Positions 1-8,470 of a stretch of 64,000 nt of DNA are shown here, one piece after another. The position numbers and the translations under genes were made by a program. The first letter of the stretch is position 1, and each line of letters opens with the position of its first letter. Location: assembly GCA_001770205.1 (NCBI GenBank), contig MEQL01000056.1, forward strand, positions 1 through 64,000. The letters run 5' to 3'. The notes under the pieces were generated by a model. It made no database searches, was not told where the DNA came from, and saw only the letters and a program-made list of their open reading frames with translations. Origin of the DNA: Bdellovibrionales bacterium RIFOXYD12_FULL_39_22 (GTDB lineage Bacteria; Bdellovibrionota; Bacteriovoracia; Bacteriovoracales; Bacteriovoracaceae).

Positions 1-6
1 AGTTTT

Positions 7-390
7 TTATATCAGATTCAGGAAAGTGGACGCACTTCTCTGGTCTCTATGGACCATGGCCTTTTCTAAAAGGCTTATGCGCAGATTTGGGATCCTATAA
101 ATGGATCGGGCCGGCAGCTCAGGAAGCACCATTTTGCCATCGAGAATGTCGCTATACTCTTGCAGAGAGTAGCGATATCTGCGAATGAGGGCCTTCTTTC
201 GCTCTTCTGGGAATGTGGTGCGGCCATTTTCAAAACGCTCCATTGTTTTGGGCGAAATGCCAACACTCTGGGCCGCAACTTCTCTTGGGATTTTTCTGAA
301 AATGCGCATTTTTCTTAGGGCAATGATGTCATCGGTAATAATTTTTTTTCGCAATCGTGATATTTTAATTTTAAAAGTTTCATTTTCCAT
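7..390 (-). CDS. XRE-family helix-turn-helix transcriptional regulator (C-terminus possibly degenerate)
   Basis: LRKMR...REVAAQSVGISPKTMERFENGR is a typical HTH_3/XRE motif; strong SD (AGGAGG) upstream of the ATG. Confidence 0.75.
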   Translation of the reverse strand: MENETFKIKISRLRKKIITDDIIALRKMRIFRKIPREVAAQSVGISPKTMERFENGRTTFPEERKKALIRRYRYSLQEYSDILDGKMVLPELPARSIYRIPNLRISLLEKAMVHRDQRSASTFLNLI

Positions 391-778
391 AATGTACCTC
401 CTGCATTTCGTCTTCCACTCAAGAGCGGAAGCTCATGTTTTTAAAGTTGATCCTAAAAAATTTGACGGTTTTTTTGGATATCAGTTTTACTTTGGATCTG
501 GTCTCTGAACCTTATTGGATAGCAAATGTGGGCAAGCTAACGCTCATTGCGATCTCAAAATAGATTCAGACAGTTACAGCTTGTCAGGGACAGAATGGGA
601 AATTTTGATTTTGGCGTAAACACGCAAGCCAAAAAAAAGTAACCCACAAGTCATCTGGTGAAAAACTGTGACTAAATGTGAAGAATTTTTTTGTGTCGAT
701 AATTGGCAACCTCCTAGAATCATTCGTTTCTGGTTTTAATGATTTAGAGATTGTTTTGATTTTGCTTGTTCCGAAAAT

Positions 779-855
779 TGGAGCGCGTGATGGGATTTGA
801 ACCCACGACCTTCTGCATGGCAAGCAGACGCTCTAGCCAACTGAGCTACACGCGC
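779..855 (-). tRNA. tRNA-Gly (anticodon GCC)
   Basis: Reverse complement GCGCGTGTAGCTCAGTTGGCTAGAGCGTCTGCTTGCCATGCAGAAGGTCGTGGGTTCAAATCCCATCACGCGCTCCA: 7-bp acceptor stem, D arm, anticodon stem TCTGC/GCAGA around loop TTGCCAT, TTCAAAT T-loop, encoded CCA. Confidence 0.97.
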
Positions 856-874
856 TTAAAGTCAGATTTTAAGA

Positions 875-904
875 ATACTAATAAATCGCTGGCACGATTG
901 TCAA
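875..904 (-). promoter_or_regulatory. sigma70-type promoter of tRNA-Gly
   Basis: Minus strand TTGACA (904-899)-N18-TAGTAT (880-875), about 20 nt upstream of the tRNA. Confidence 0.65.
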
Positions 905-907
905 CTT

Positions 908-2092
908 TTATTCATCTACTTCGTAATAGTCATATTGGTTATTTTTAAAATTACGAATGGTGACCTTGTTTCCCTCTTTTTTTACAAAGTAGTTAGGATT
1001 CATTGGAATTTTTCCACCACCACCTGGCGCATCGATAACATATTGAGGAATGGCAAGGCCAGAGGTCCAGCCACGCATTTTTTCGATTATTTCAATTCCC
1101 TTTGAGATGGGAGTTCTAAAATGGGAGATGCCTTCTGCTAGGTCGCATTGATATACGTAGTAGGGCCTAATTTTCATAAGAAGAAGTTTGTGACAAAGTT
1201 CCGTCATTATTTTTTCATCGTCGTTTATGCCTTTTAAAAGAACTGATTGATTTCCCAAATCAGCTCCGGCCAATGCTAGTCGGGTGTTGGCCAAAAGTGC
1301 TTCGCGAGTCATCTCCTTCGGATGATTATAGTGAGTGTTTATATGTATCGGTTGATGTTTTTGAATGACCTGTAACAGGCCATCATCTCGTACTCGAATG
1401 GGAAGGGTTACGGGGTTGCGAGTTCCTAGTCGAACCACTTCTACATGATCCATTTTTCGAAGTTCTCCCAAAATGTAGTCGAGCTTATCATTGGCCAGAT
1501 GGAAAGGGTCGCCACCGGAAACAACAACGTCGCGTATTTGGCGGTTTTCGCGAATATATTTTAGGCCATCTTCCACATGTTGTCGGAGGGCCGCTGAAGT
1601 TGGATTTGCCACTTTGCGCTTGCGTGTGCAGTGTCGACAGAGCATGGCACAATCATGACTAACATAAAACAATACCCGATCAGGATAGCGATGAGTAAGG
1701 CCTGGTACTGGCATATCCTTATCTTCGCCCAGAGGATCTTTGAGGTCAGTAGGCAGTACGGTCAGCTCACCTTTCGCAGGAACAGATTGCATGCGAACAG
1801 GGCAGTGTGGATCATTTCTATCCATCAGTGAGGCGTAGTAAGGGGTGATGGCCATTTTAAACATAGCACTTCCAAGTTTAAAGGCCTCTTGCTCATCATT
1901 GGTTAAATTAATTATTTTTTTTAGCTGGTCAAGAGTGGTTATACGATTACTCAATTGCCAATGCCAATCGTACCAATCACTATCCGAAACGTGCTCAAAG
2001 GGGCCTTTGCCGCGGATGGGAAATTTATCCAGGATATGCTTGGGATAAATTTTGTCTAAGTCTTCAATCGTTTTGATTGTTGTAAAATCCAT
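908..2092 (-). CDS. kamA: KamA-family radical SAM protein (lysine 2,3-aminomutase-like)
   Basis: W.DW.WQL N-terminus, THRYPDRVL, CAMLCRHCTRKR (CxxxCxxC), SGGDP, NQSVLLKGIND, DAPGGGGKIP (PLP lysine). Confidence 0.88.
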   Translation of the reverse strand: MDFTTIKTIEDLDKIYPKHILDKFPIRGKGPFEHVSDSDWYDWHWQLSNRITTLDQLKKIINLTNDEQEAFKLGSAMFKMAITPYYASLMDRNDPHCPVRMQSVPAKGELTVLPTDLKDPLGEDKDMPVPGLTHRYPDRVLFYVSHDCAMLCRHCTRKRKVANPTSAALRQHVEDGLKYIRENRQIRDVVVSGGDPFHLANDKLDYILGELRKMDHVEVVRLGTRNPVTLPIRVRDDGLLQVIQKHQPIHINTHYNHPKEMTREALLANTRLALAGADLGNQSVLLKGINDDEKIMTELCHKLLLMKIRPYYVYQCDLAEGISHFRTPISKGIEIIEKMRGWTSGLAIPQYVIDAPGGGGKIPMNPNYFVKKEGNKVTIRNFKNNQYDYYEVDE

Positions 2093-2190
2093 TGGTGCCG
2101 CCTTTTGCTCTAAGACTGAAATTTCACTATGTACATTCCAGGATATATTTTTTGCAAATATTATTCAAATAATTAGTTGAATATTATCCA

Positions 2191-3072
2191 TTATTTCGGA
2201 GGAATGTTTCTGACTTCAGAAATTTTAGAAAGAGCAAAGGACTTATATTGGTCAGATAATAGACATTTAGCATAGAGCACATTTCCCGCAGGCATAGGTA
2301 AAATACTGACAGGTTTGATCGGCCTAAACTTGTTTCGATGACTTCCTCCGCTATATATAATTTCAATCTCTTCCTGCAAGTTAACTTTTTCTTTTAAAAT
2401 TTCTAGATGTTCAGGAACACTGTAGTCCGTTTTTTTGTTAAATTCGTCCAGGCGAAAGAGAAAAGAATCTTTTAAAATAGCCGTTTTTTCGCGATTAGAT
2501 CCTCGATTGAGATAGACCAATCCCTTCGCAAAAACATGGGCGGCAGCGATTGCATCATCAAGTGCACGGTGGTGGTTGTCGATATGAACATTTAGACTCT
2601 CGATTAAAAATGCTAGATTGAATTTTTTTAATTGCGGAAAGGCCTTGCGGGCAAATTTGCATGAGCAATAAACTTCGTTGTTAGGCATGGCCATTTTAAG
2701 TCGATGTAAATTGAACACAATAAATCCAAGATCAAATCTAGCATTGTGCGCTACAATGGGAAGATTTTCTACAAAGGCCATAAAATTTCCAAGAATATCA
2801 TCAATCATTGGCCGGCCATGAACCATTTCGTCATTAATGCCATGTATTTTGGTGGAAGCAGGCAGGATGGAAATTTTTGGATCAATCAGCGAGTCAAATT
2901 TTTCAATTTTATCGGAGCGAACTTTGATTGCAGAAATTTCGATAATTTTATCCATCAACGGGGATAGTCCTGTAGTCTCTAGATCTAAAAAAATAATGCC
3001 TTTAGGAAAATTAACTGCAATAGCAGAGATCTCTTCGCTGGTGATTTGAGGTATGTTAATTTCTCTGATCAT
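2191..3072 (-). CDS. DEDDh 3'-5' exonuclease (DnaQ/PolC-like) with C-terminal WYL-like domain
   Basis: DLETTG, AHNARFD and HHRALDDA exonuclease motifs; C-terminal EIIYSGGS..FRPIKPVSI..LYAKCLLSDQYKSFALSKI fits the WYL pattern. Confidence 0.85.
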   Translation of the reverse strand: MIREINIPQITSEEISAIAVNFPKGIIFLDLETTGLSPLMDKIIEISAIKVRSDKIEKFDSLIDPKISILPASTKIHGINDEMVHGRPMIDDILGNFMAFVENLPIVAHNARFDLGFIVFNLHRLKMAMPNNEVYCSCKFARKAFPQLKKFNLAFLIESLNVHIDNHHRALDDAIAAAHVFAKGLVYLNRGSNREKTAILKDSFLFRLDEFNKKTDYSVPEHLEILKEKVNLQEEIEIIYSGGSHRNKFRPIKPVSILPMPAGNVLYAKCLLSDQYKSFALSKISEVRNIPPK

Positions 3073-3144
3073 GCTCTTTACTTTGAAAGGACACAGTTAT
3101 AGCGTAGTTTGTCCTTTTTTCCAAACTAAACCATAGGGGGAGAG

Positions 3145-4530
3145 ATGAGAAAGTTTGATTTGATAGTTTTAGGGGCCGGGCCTGGCGGTTATGTGGCGGC
3201 CATACGCGCAAGTCAATTGGGGAAAAAAGTGGCCATTATTGAGAGAGATAAATTGGGCGGAGTTTGTCTAAACCGCGGCTGTATTCCCACCAAGGCACTG
3301 TTAAAGGCCGCGCATTCAGTTCATGAAATTAAAAGCCTAAAAACACTTGGAATTAATGTTGAGCTTAAATCGTTAGATGCGGCAGTTGCGGTGACGCGCG
3401 CTTTTCAAATTTCGGATCGAGTCGGAAAGGGTGTTGCCTTTTTGATGAAGAAAAACGGAATTGAGGTCATCGTTGGTGATGGAAAATTAAAGAGCAAAAG
3501 AGAAGTAGAAGTCACAACTGCCAGTGGCCAAGAGATAGTTGAGGCCGACAATATAATTATCGCCACCGGTGCTAGCTATAAAACTTTCCCGGGCCTGATA
3601 CATGATGGAGAGCGATTGATTGGTGCTTGGGAGGCCATAAAAATGGAGATACTTCCGAAATCCATGGCGATTGTAGGGGCCGGAGCAATTGGAGTAGAAT
3701 TTGCCTATTTTTGGAATGCCTTTGGAGTGGAGGTGCATATTTTCGAAGTACAAAATCATCTTCTGCCTCTGGAGGATGAGGAGAGTTCGCTAGAAATTGA
3801 AAAAAGTTATAAAAAATATGGAATAAAGTTATCGCTAGGGATAAAAAATGTAACGGCCCAAAATACCGGGGAACAAATAGTAATTAGCTGTGAGCGTGAT
3901 GGTGTAGCGGAAGAATATAAGTTTGAAAAAGGTCTAATCGCCGTTGGTATGTCTGGAAATGTGGCCGGGATTGGTTTGGAAAATGTAGGGGTTGGCTATG
4001 CTAATGGATTTATCAAAGTCGACGAGTTTTGCCAGACAAATATTCCCGGGATCTATGCCATTGGAGATGTCTCGGGCCCGCCATTATTAGCACATGTGGC
4101 CTCGCACGAAGGGATTATTGCAGCTGAACATTTGGCCGGACTTCATCCACATCCCATCAATAAGAGCAATGTCGCCGGTTGTACTTACAGTCAACCGCAA
4201 GTTGCTTCCGTAGGAATGACAGAAAAACAACTTAAAGAAAAAAACATTGAATACAAAGTTGGAAAAATGCCTTTTCGCTCCAACGGTAAGGCGCTGGCCT
4301 CCAACGAAAATGAGGGGCAGATCAAAGTACTACTAGGTAAAGAGGGGCAATTACTAGGTGCTCATATAGTTGGTAATATTGCGACAGAGATGATTCATGA
4401 ATTAGTGCTATTTAAGCAGATGGAAGGAGTTGAGGAGGAAATTTATAATACCATTCATCCGCATCCTACGCTTGGAGAGTGGATTGCCGAGGCGGTTATG
4501 GCCGCCAATAATCGCGCAATTCATGGGTAG
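3145..4530 (+). CDS. lpdA: dihydrolipoyl dehydrogenase
   Basis: GAGPGGYVAAIRA, GGVCLNRGCIPTK redox disulfide, GAGAIGVE, HPHPTLGE. Confidence 0.95.
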   Translation: MRKFDLIVLGAGPGGYVAAIRASQLGKKVAIIERDKLGGVCLNRGCIPTKALLKAAHSVHEIKSLKTLGINVELKSLDAAVAVTRAFQISDRVGKGVAFLMKKNGIEVIVGDGKLKSKREVEVTTASGQEIVEADNIIIATGASYKTFPGLIHDGERLIGAWEAIKMEILPKSMAIVGAGAIGVEFAYFWNAFGVEVHIFEVQNHLLPLEDEESSLEIEKSYKKYGIKLSLGIKNVTAQNTGEQIVISCERDGVAEEYKFEKGLIAVGMSGNVAGIGLENVGVGYANGFIKVDEFCQTNIPGIYAIGDVSGPPLLAHVASHEGIIAAEHLAGLHPHPINKSNVAGCTYSQPQVASVGMTEKQLKEKNIEYKVGKMPFRSNGKALASNENEGQIKVLLGKEGQLLGAHIVGNIATEMIHELVLFKQMEGVEEEIYNTIHPHPTLGEWIAEAVMAANNRAIHG

Positions 4531-5099
4531 TCAGACTTAAGTTTTGAATAAACAGACAAATCATGAAACCCATCATTGCGAAAAGAGACTTCTCGCTGAA
4601 CTCCTTCAAAAACGTAGTGTAGCCGTTTGGGGACAGAGGCAGAGCGTAGGTTTTTCGGGTCACAGCGAATAACAATGCGATTAAACCCCATTCCAAAAAG
4701 TGTTGCCTCCAACAATCGAACTGCTGAAGAAATGTGTCCTTGTCCTTCAAATTTTCCCAAGATCCAATAACCCAATTCACAGGAACAATTTTTCCAATTG
4801 ATCCCAAAAGCACTAAGGTTGCCCATGTATTCACTATCGCTATTGCGAAAGATACCAAAAGAGAAGGTGGCATACTTCTGCCATTCCTCTGAGCAATTGT
4901 TAATAAAATCAACCTCGTCATGAACAGTGGCAATAAAGTCTGGCCATGGTAAAAAACGAGCAAGTCTTTGACGATCTTCAACGACATATCGATACATTTT
5001 ATCTGCTAGTTCGACCTGATGTTTTTTTAGAGTAACGGTCTCTCCGTGAATAATTTCTGGCAAAAATTGTTTATCCATAACTAAGTCTTGTACCTCCAC
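4521..5099 (-). CDS. RimJ/RimL-family GNAT acetyltransferase
   Basis: ELGYWI...EGQGHISSAV, N.RSASVPKRL.Y.FEG motifs; alternative ATG start at 5078. Confidence 0.88.
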   Translation of the reverse strand: MEVQDLVMDKQFLPEIIHGETVTLKKHQVELADKMYRYVVEDRQRLARFLPWPDFIATVHDEVDFINNCSEEWQKYATFSFGIFRNSDSEYMGNLSAFGINWKNCSCELGYWILGKFEGQGHISSAVRLLEATLFGMGFNRIVIRCDPKNLRSASVPKRLHYVFEGVQREVSFRNDGFHDLSVYSKLKSDYP

Positions 5100-5206
5100 C
5101 TTCTATTAATATCCCTTCCCGTATTATTGTTACTTTCATTTTTGATGATAGAAAAGTAACATAGTCTTACATACAACACTATACAATATATCTTGCGGGA
5201 GATTAT

Positions 5207-7342
5207 TTGAAGACACTGATTCTTACCGAAAAACCTTCGGTGGCCCGTGATTTTGCGGCCGCCCTAAGCGTCAACACTAGAGGTAATGGCCATTTTGAAA
5301 GTGAACAGTTTATTATCACTTGGGCCATTGGACACTTGTTAGAGCTAAAGGCCCCTGAAGATTATGATAGTAAGTGGAAACGTTGGAGCTTAGATACACT
5401 TCCAATCTTGCCCGATAGATTGTCGTACTCCCCAAATGCTAAGACGAAAAAACAGCTAACGGTGGTCAAGGCCCAATTACAACGCAAAGATTTAGCGACA
5501 ATTATCGTTGCCACTGATGCCGGGAGAGAAGGAGAGTTAATTGCACGCACTCTGCTTGATTTCGCGCAAATTGCGAAGCACCCAAAGATATTACTATTGC
5601 GTTTTTGGACATCACAGGCCCTTTCAAAAAAAGTAATTTTAGACAATATAAAAAATGCAGCATCGTTGGCACAATATGATCGCCTTTATTTCGCCGGCCG
5701 GGCACGCCAATCTGCAGATTGGTTGGTGGGAATGAATTTGTCGCGATTGGCCACCATAAAAATGGGTGACCTTTTTTCTGTTGGACGAGTGCAAACGGCC
5801 GTACTGGCCCTGTTGGCCGAGCGGCGTTTGGCCATCGATAACTTTAAACCTGTTCCATATTTCCAAATAATTGGTAAATTTTTGTTTGCCACGGGAGAGT
5901 TGTTGGCAACCTGGTTTGACTCAAATAAAAAAGAAGATGCTAGCAAAATAGAAAATAAAACTAAAGCGGATTTGATTTTAAAAAATTGCGCAGGCCAAGA
6001 AGGAGTGGTTACTTCAATTGTGCGCGATAAAAAAATGCAAGTTCCTCCACAACTCTTTTCACTGACAGAGTTGCAAAAACTGGCCAATCGCCTTTATGGT
6101 TTCTCTGCTCAAGAAACGTTATCGATTGCTCAGAATTTATATGAGAAAAAAAAATGTCTCTCCTATCCGCGAACAGACGCTCAAGTTTTGGGAACCAGTT
6201 CATTAGAGCAGGTACAAGAGATGCTGACAAAATTAGAGGCGGAGTATGGAGATTATTTTAAATATTTCGATGAGAAAAAATTATCCTTAAAAAACCACTT
6301 GGTTTTTGATGATAATAAACTTACCGATCATCATGCGCTAATGCCACTGGCGATTTATCATGGCAATCTTTCTTCTGACGAGGGAAAAATTTATGATCTG
6401 GTAGTTAAAAGATTTGTGGCCGTGTTTTCTGCTAATTTTGAATATGAGCAAACCACTATTGTTTGCAAAATAGGCCAAGAAACGTTCAAGGCCAGTGGGC
6501 AGCGAATTATTTGTTTGGGATGGAAGATGCTGGCGGGAGGTGACAGTGAAAAATTCTTACCGCCGCTTATCGAGGGAGAGCGAAGCAAGGCCGTCGAACT
6601 TCGTGCCGAACAAAAAGAGACACGTCCTCCCAATGAATATAGCGAGGCCTCTCTTTTGCACGACATGGCCAATCCTTCAAAACTAGTACAAGAAGCGGAA
6701 CTAAAAAAAATATTCAGAGGAGAAGTGGGACTAGGGACCCAGGCCACGCGCGCTCAAATTATTGAGACACTACTTTCTCGTAAGTATGTTACTCGAAGTG
6801 AAAAAAACTTGCAGGCGCTTCCAAAGGGAATGGCGTTAGTGGAAACATTAAAAAAAATGCCTATCTCTAAAGTTTTGGCCAGTCCGGAGGAGACGGCCAA
6901 GTGGGAGCTAGACCTATCGCATATTGCGCAAGGATCTGGTGATCCCAAGGCATTTATGTTGGCAATTAGAAAATTTGTTGCTGATTGCGCAACAGAATGG
7001 AAGCAAGCTGCTATCGTTGCACAAGCAAGTTCCGCATCGCCCGTTGGGAAAAAAGCAAAAAAATATCCATCCAAAGTCATTGGGGAATGTCCGTTTTGTA
7101 AAAGTAGTGTTTTAGAATTCCCCAAAAGTTTTGGCTGTAAAAACTGGAAGGCCGGCTGCAAATTTACTGTTTGGAAGATCATCGCTGGAAAAAAAATTAC
7201 GGCCGCGCAAGCGAGTAAAATAATAAAAAATGGAAGAAGTGATTTACTTCGTGGATTTAAATCGAAAGGAGGGAATGTCTTCAGCGCTTATTTGGTAATT
7301 AACAAAAATGCCGTGGTATTTGAATTTATCAAAGATAAATGA
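5207..7342 (+). CDS. topB: DNA topoisomerase III (type IA) with C-terminal Zn-ribbon/Toprim_Crpt-like tail
   Basis: TEKPSVA, ATDAGREGE, GRVQT, SYPRTD (catalytic Tyr), GLGTQATRA; CPFC..FGC..CKF tail; TTG start. Confidence 0.92.
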   Translation: MKTLILTEKPSVARDFAAALSVNTRGNGHFESEQFIITWAIGHLLELKAPEDYDSKWKRWSLDTLPILPDRLSYSPNAKTKKQLTVVKAQLQRKDLATIIVATDAGREGELIARTLLDFAQIAKHPKILLLRFWTSQALSKKVILDNIKNAASLAQYDRLYFAGRARQSADWLVGMNLSRLATIKMGDLFSVGRVQTAVLALLAERRLAIDNFKPVPYFQIIGKFLFATGELLATWFDSNKKEDASKIENKTKADLILKNCAGQEGVVTSIVRDKKMQVPPQLFSLTELQKLANRLYGFSAQETLSIAQNLYEKKKCLSYPRTDAQVLGTSSLEQVQEMLTKLEAEYGDYFKYFDEKKLSLKNHLVFDDNKLTDHHALMPLAIYHGNLSSDEGKIYDLVVKRFVAVFSANFEYEQTTIVCKIGQETFKASGQRIICLGWKMLAGGDSEKFLPPLIEGERSKAVELRAEQKETRPPNEYSEASLLHDMANPSKLVQEAELKKIFRGEVGLGTQATRAQIIETLLSRKYVTRSEKNLQALPKGMALVETLKKMPISKVLASPEETAKWELDLSHIAQGSGDPKAFMLAIRKFVADCATEWKQAAIVAQASSASPVGKKAKKYPSKVIGECPFCKSSVLEFPKSFGCKNWKAGCKFTVWKIIAGKKITAAQASKIIKNGRSDLLRGFKSKGGNVFSAYLVINKNAVVFEFIKDK

Positions 7343-7441
7343 AAAACAATAAAATATTTGACCCGAGAGTTCATCCAAAGTATATAAAAGTATATAGAGG
7401 TTGTACTTTTGTTTTTTTCAGGGAGAAAAAAGGAGATTTGA

Positions 7442-8335
7442 ATGTTAAAGACTAATGAAAAGAATATTGTAGAAATGATATTGCAGTGTCAGGCCGGATA
7501 TCCAAGGAAACGAAAAAGTGCCTACTCGGTTGGCCATGATGGGCGGCCATTTAACCTACCAGGTATTGGAGGTATTACGCTTAATATCGAAGTGGGAGAT
7601 TCTGCATTTGACTGGGAGGGAGATCATTTAGAACCAGGAGTTAGCTGTACCGCTAGTGCTGAAAAGCCTTTTGATTTTCCAAATACAAGTTTGCAGTACT
7701 ATAGCTGTGTGGGAAATAGTGTTAAAATTATTTCCGGTAGGGCCAAAGGGGCCACCGGCATAATGATTGGACATCATGGAGGATCCGAACATCTGATTGT
7801 TGATTTTCCACGAAAAATAAAAGAAAAGATGACTTACGACGATAAAATGGTGATTTTTTCAAAAGGGCAGGGAATGAAACTTTTGGATTATCCAGATATT
7901 AAACTTTTAAGCGTCTCCCCGGAACTTCTGAAGAAGATGAAGATTAAAGAGTTAAAAAATGGAAAGTTATCAATTCCAGTGACAACTATAGTGCCCGCGG
8001 AATGCATGGGATCAGGGCTTGGCTCTACCGATATGCACACCGGTGACTACGATGTGATGACAAGCGACAAAGGGCTTGTAAAAAAATATAAACTTGATGA
8101 GATGCGTTTTGGCGATTTTGTTGCGCTAATGGATCACGACAATACCTATGGCCCTTCGCTCAAGCGAGGTGCCATTACAATTGGAATTGTTATTCATAGT
8201 GATTGCTTTTTGGCCGGACATGGCCCAGGAGTAACTCCGCTTTTTACCACGCCGAAAGATTTGATTATCCCCACATTAGATAAAATGGCCAACATTGGAC
8301 ATTTATTTAAACTTGGTAAATTTCGACGAAAGTAA
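7442..8335 (+). CDS. DUF4438-family protein (function unknown)
   Basis: GGITLN..VGD, DHLEPGVS, GHHGGSEH, MGSGLGS, GDYD, HSDC..AGHGPGVT motifs recalled as DUF4438. Confidence 0.75.
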   Translation: MLKTNEKNIVEMILQCQAGYPRKRKSAYSVGHDGRPFNLPGIGGITLNIEVGDSAFDWEGDHLEPGVSCTASAEKPFDFPNTSLQYYSCVGNSVKIISGRAKGATGIMIGHHGGSEHLIVDFPRKIKEKMTYDDKMVIFSKGQGMKLLDYPDIKLLSVSPELLKKMKIKELKNGKLSIPVTTIVPAECMGSGLGSTDMHTGDYDVMTSDKGLVKKYKLDEMRFGDFVALMDHDNTYGPSLKRGAITIGIVIHSDCFLAGHGPGVTPLFTTPKDLIIPTLDKMANIGHLFKLGKFRRK

Positions 8336-8470
8336 TTACACCATCTGTGATAATTGATACAAGAGATCGGAGAGAATTATATAGACGTCCAATAGTAGAA
8401 GATTTTGTGGCCTTGAAAAATTTCTAGAAAGATTTTCCGGAGATGGAACTGTTTTGTGTTTGCTAAGCTT

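Noticed and set aside
889..905. sigma54-like TGGCACG on the plus strand
   Set aside because: No GC at the -12 position; the segment is better explained as the spacer of the minus-strand tRNA promoter.
584..948. ORFs 584..823(-) and 766..948(+)
   Set aside because: They overlap the tRNA-Gly gene and are translation artefacts.
5207..7342. topB as a marker of a conjugative element
   Set aside because: No relaxase, T4SS or integrase nearby; neighbours and GGCC density look chromosomal.
8341..8446. CCATCT...AGATGG ends in the convergent gap, as a possible MITE
   Set aside because: Only 6-bp arms and no second copy found in the window.
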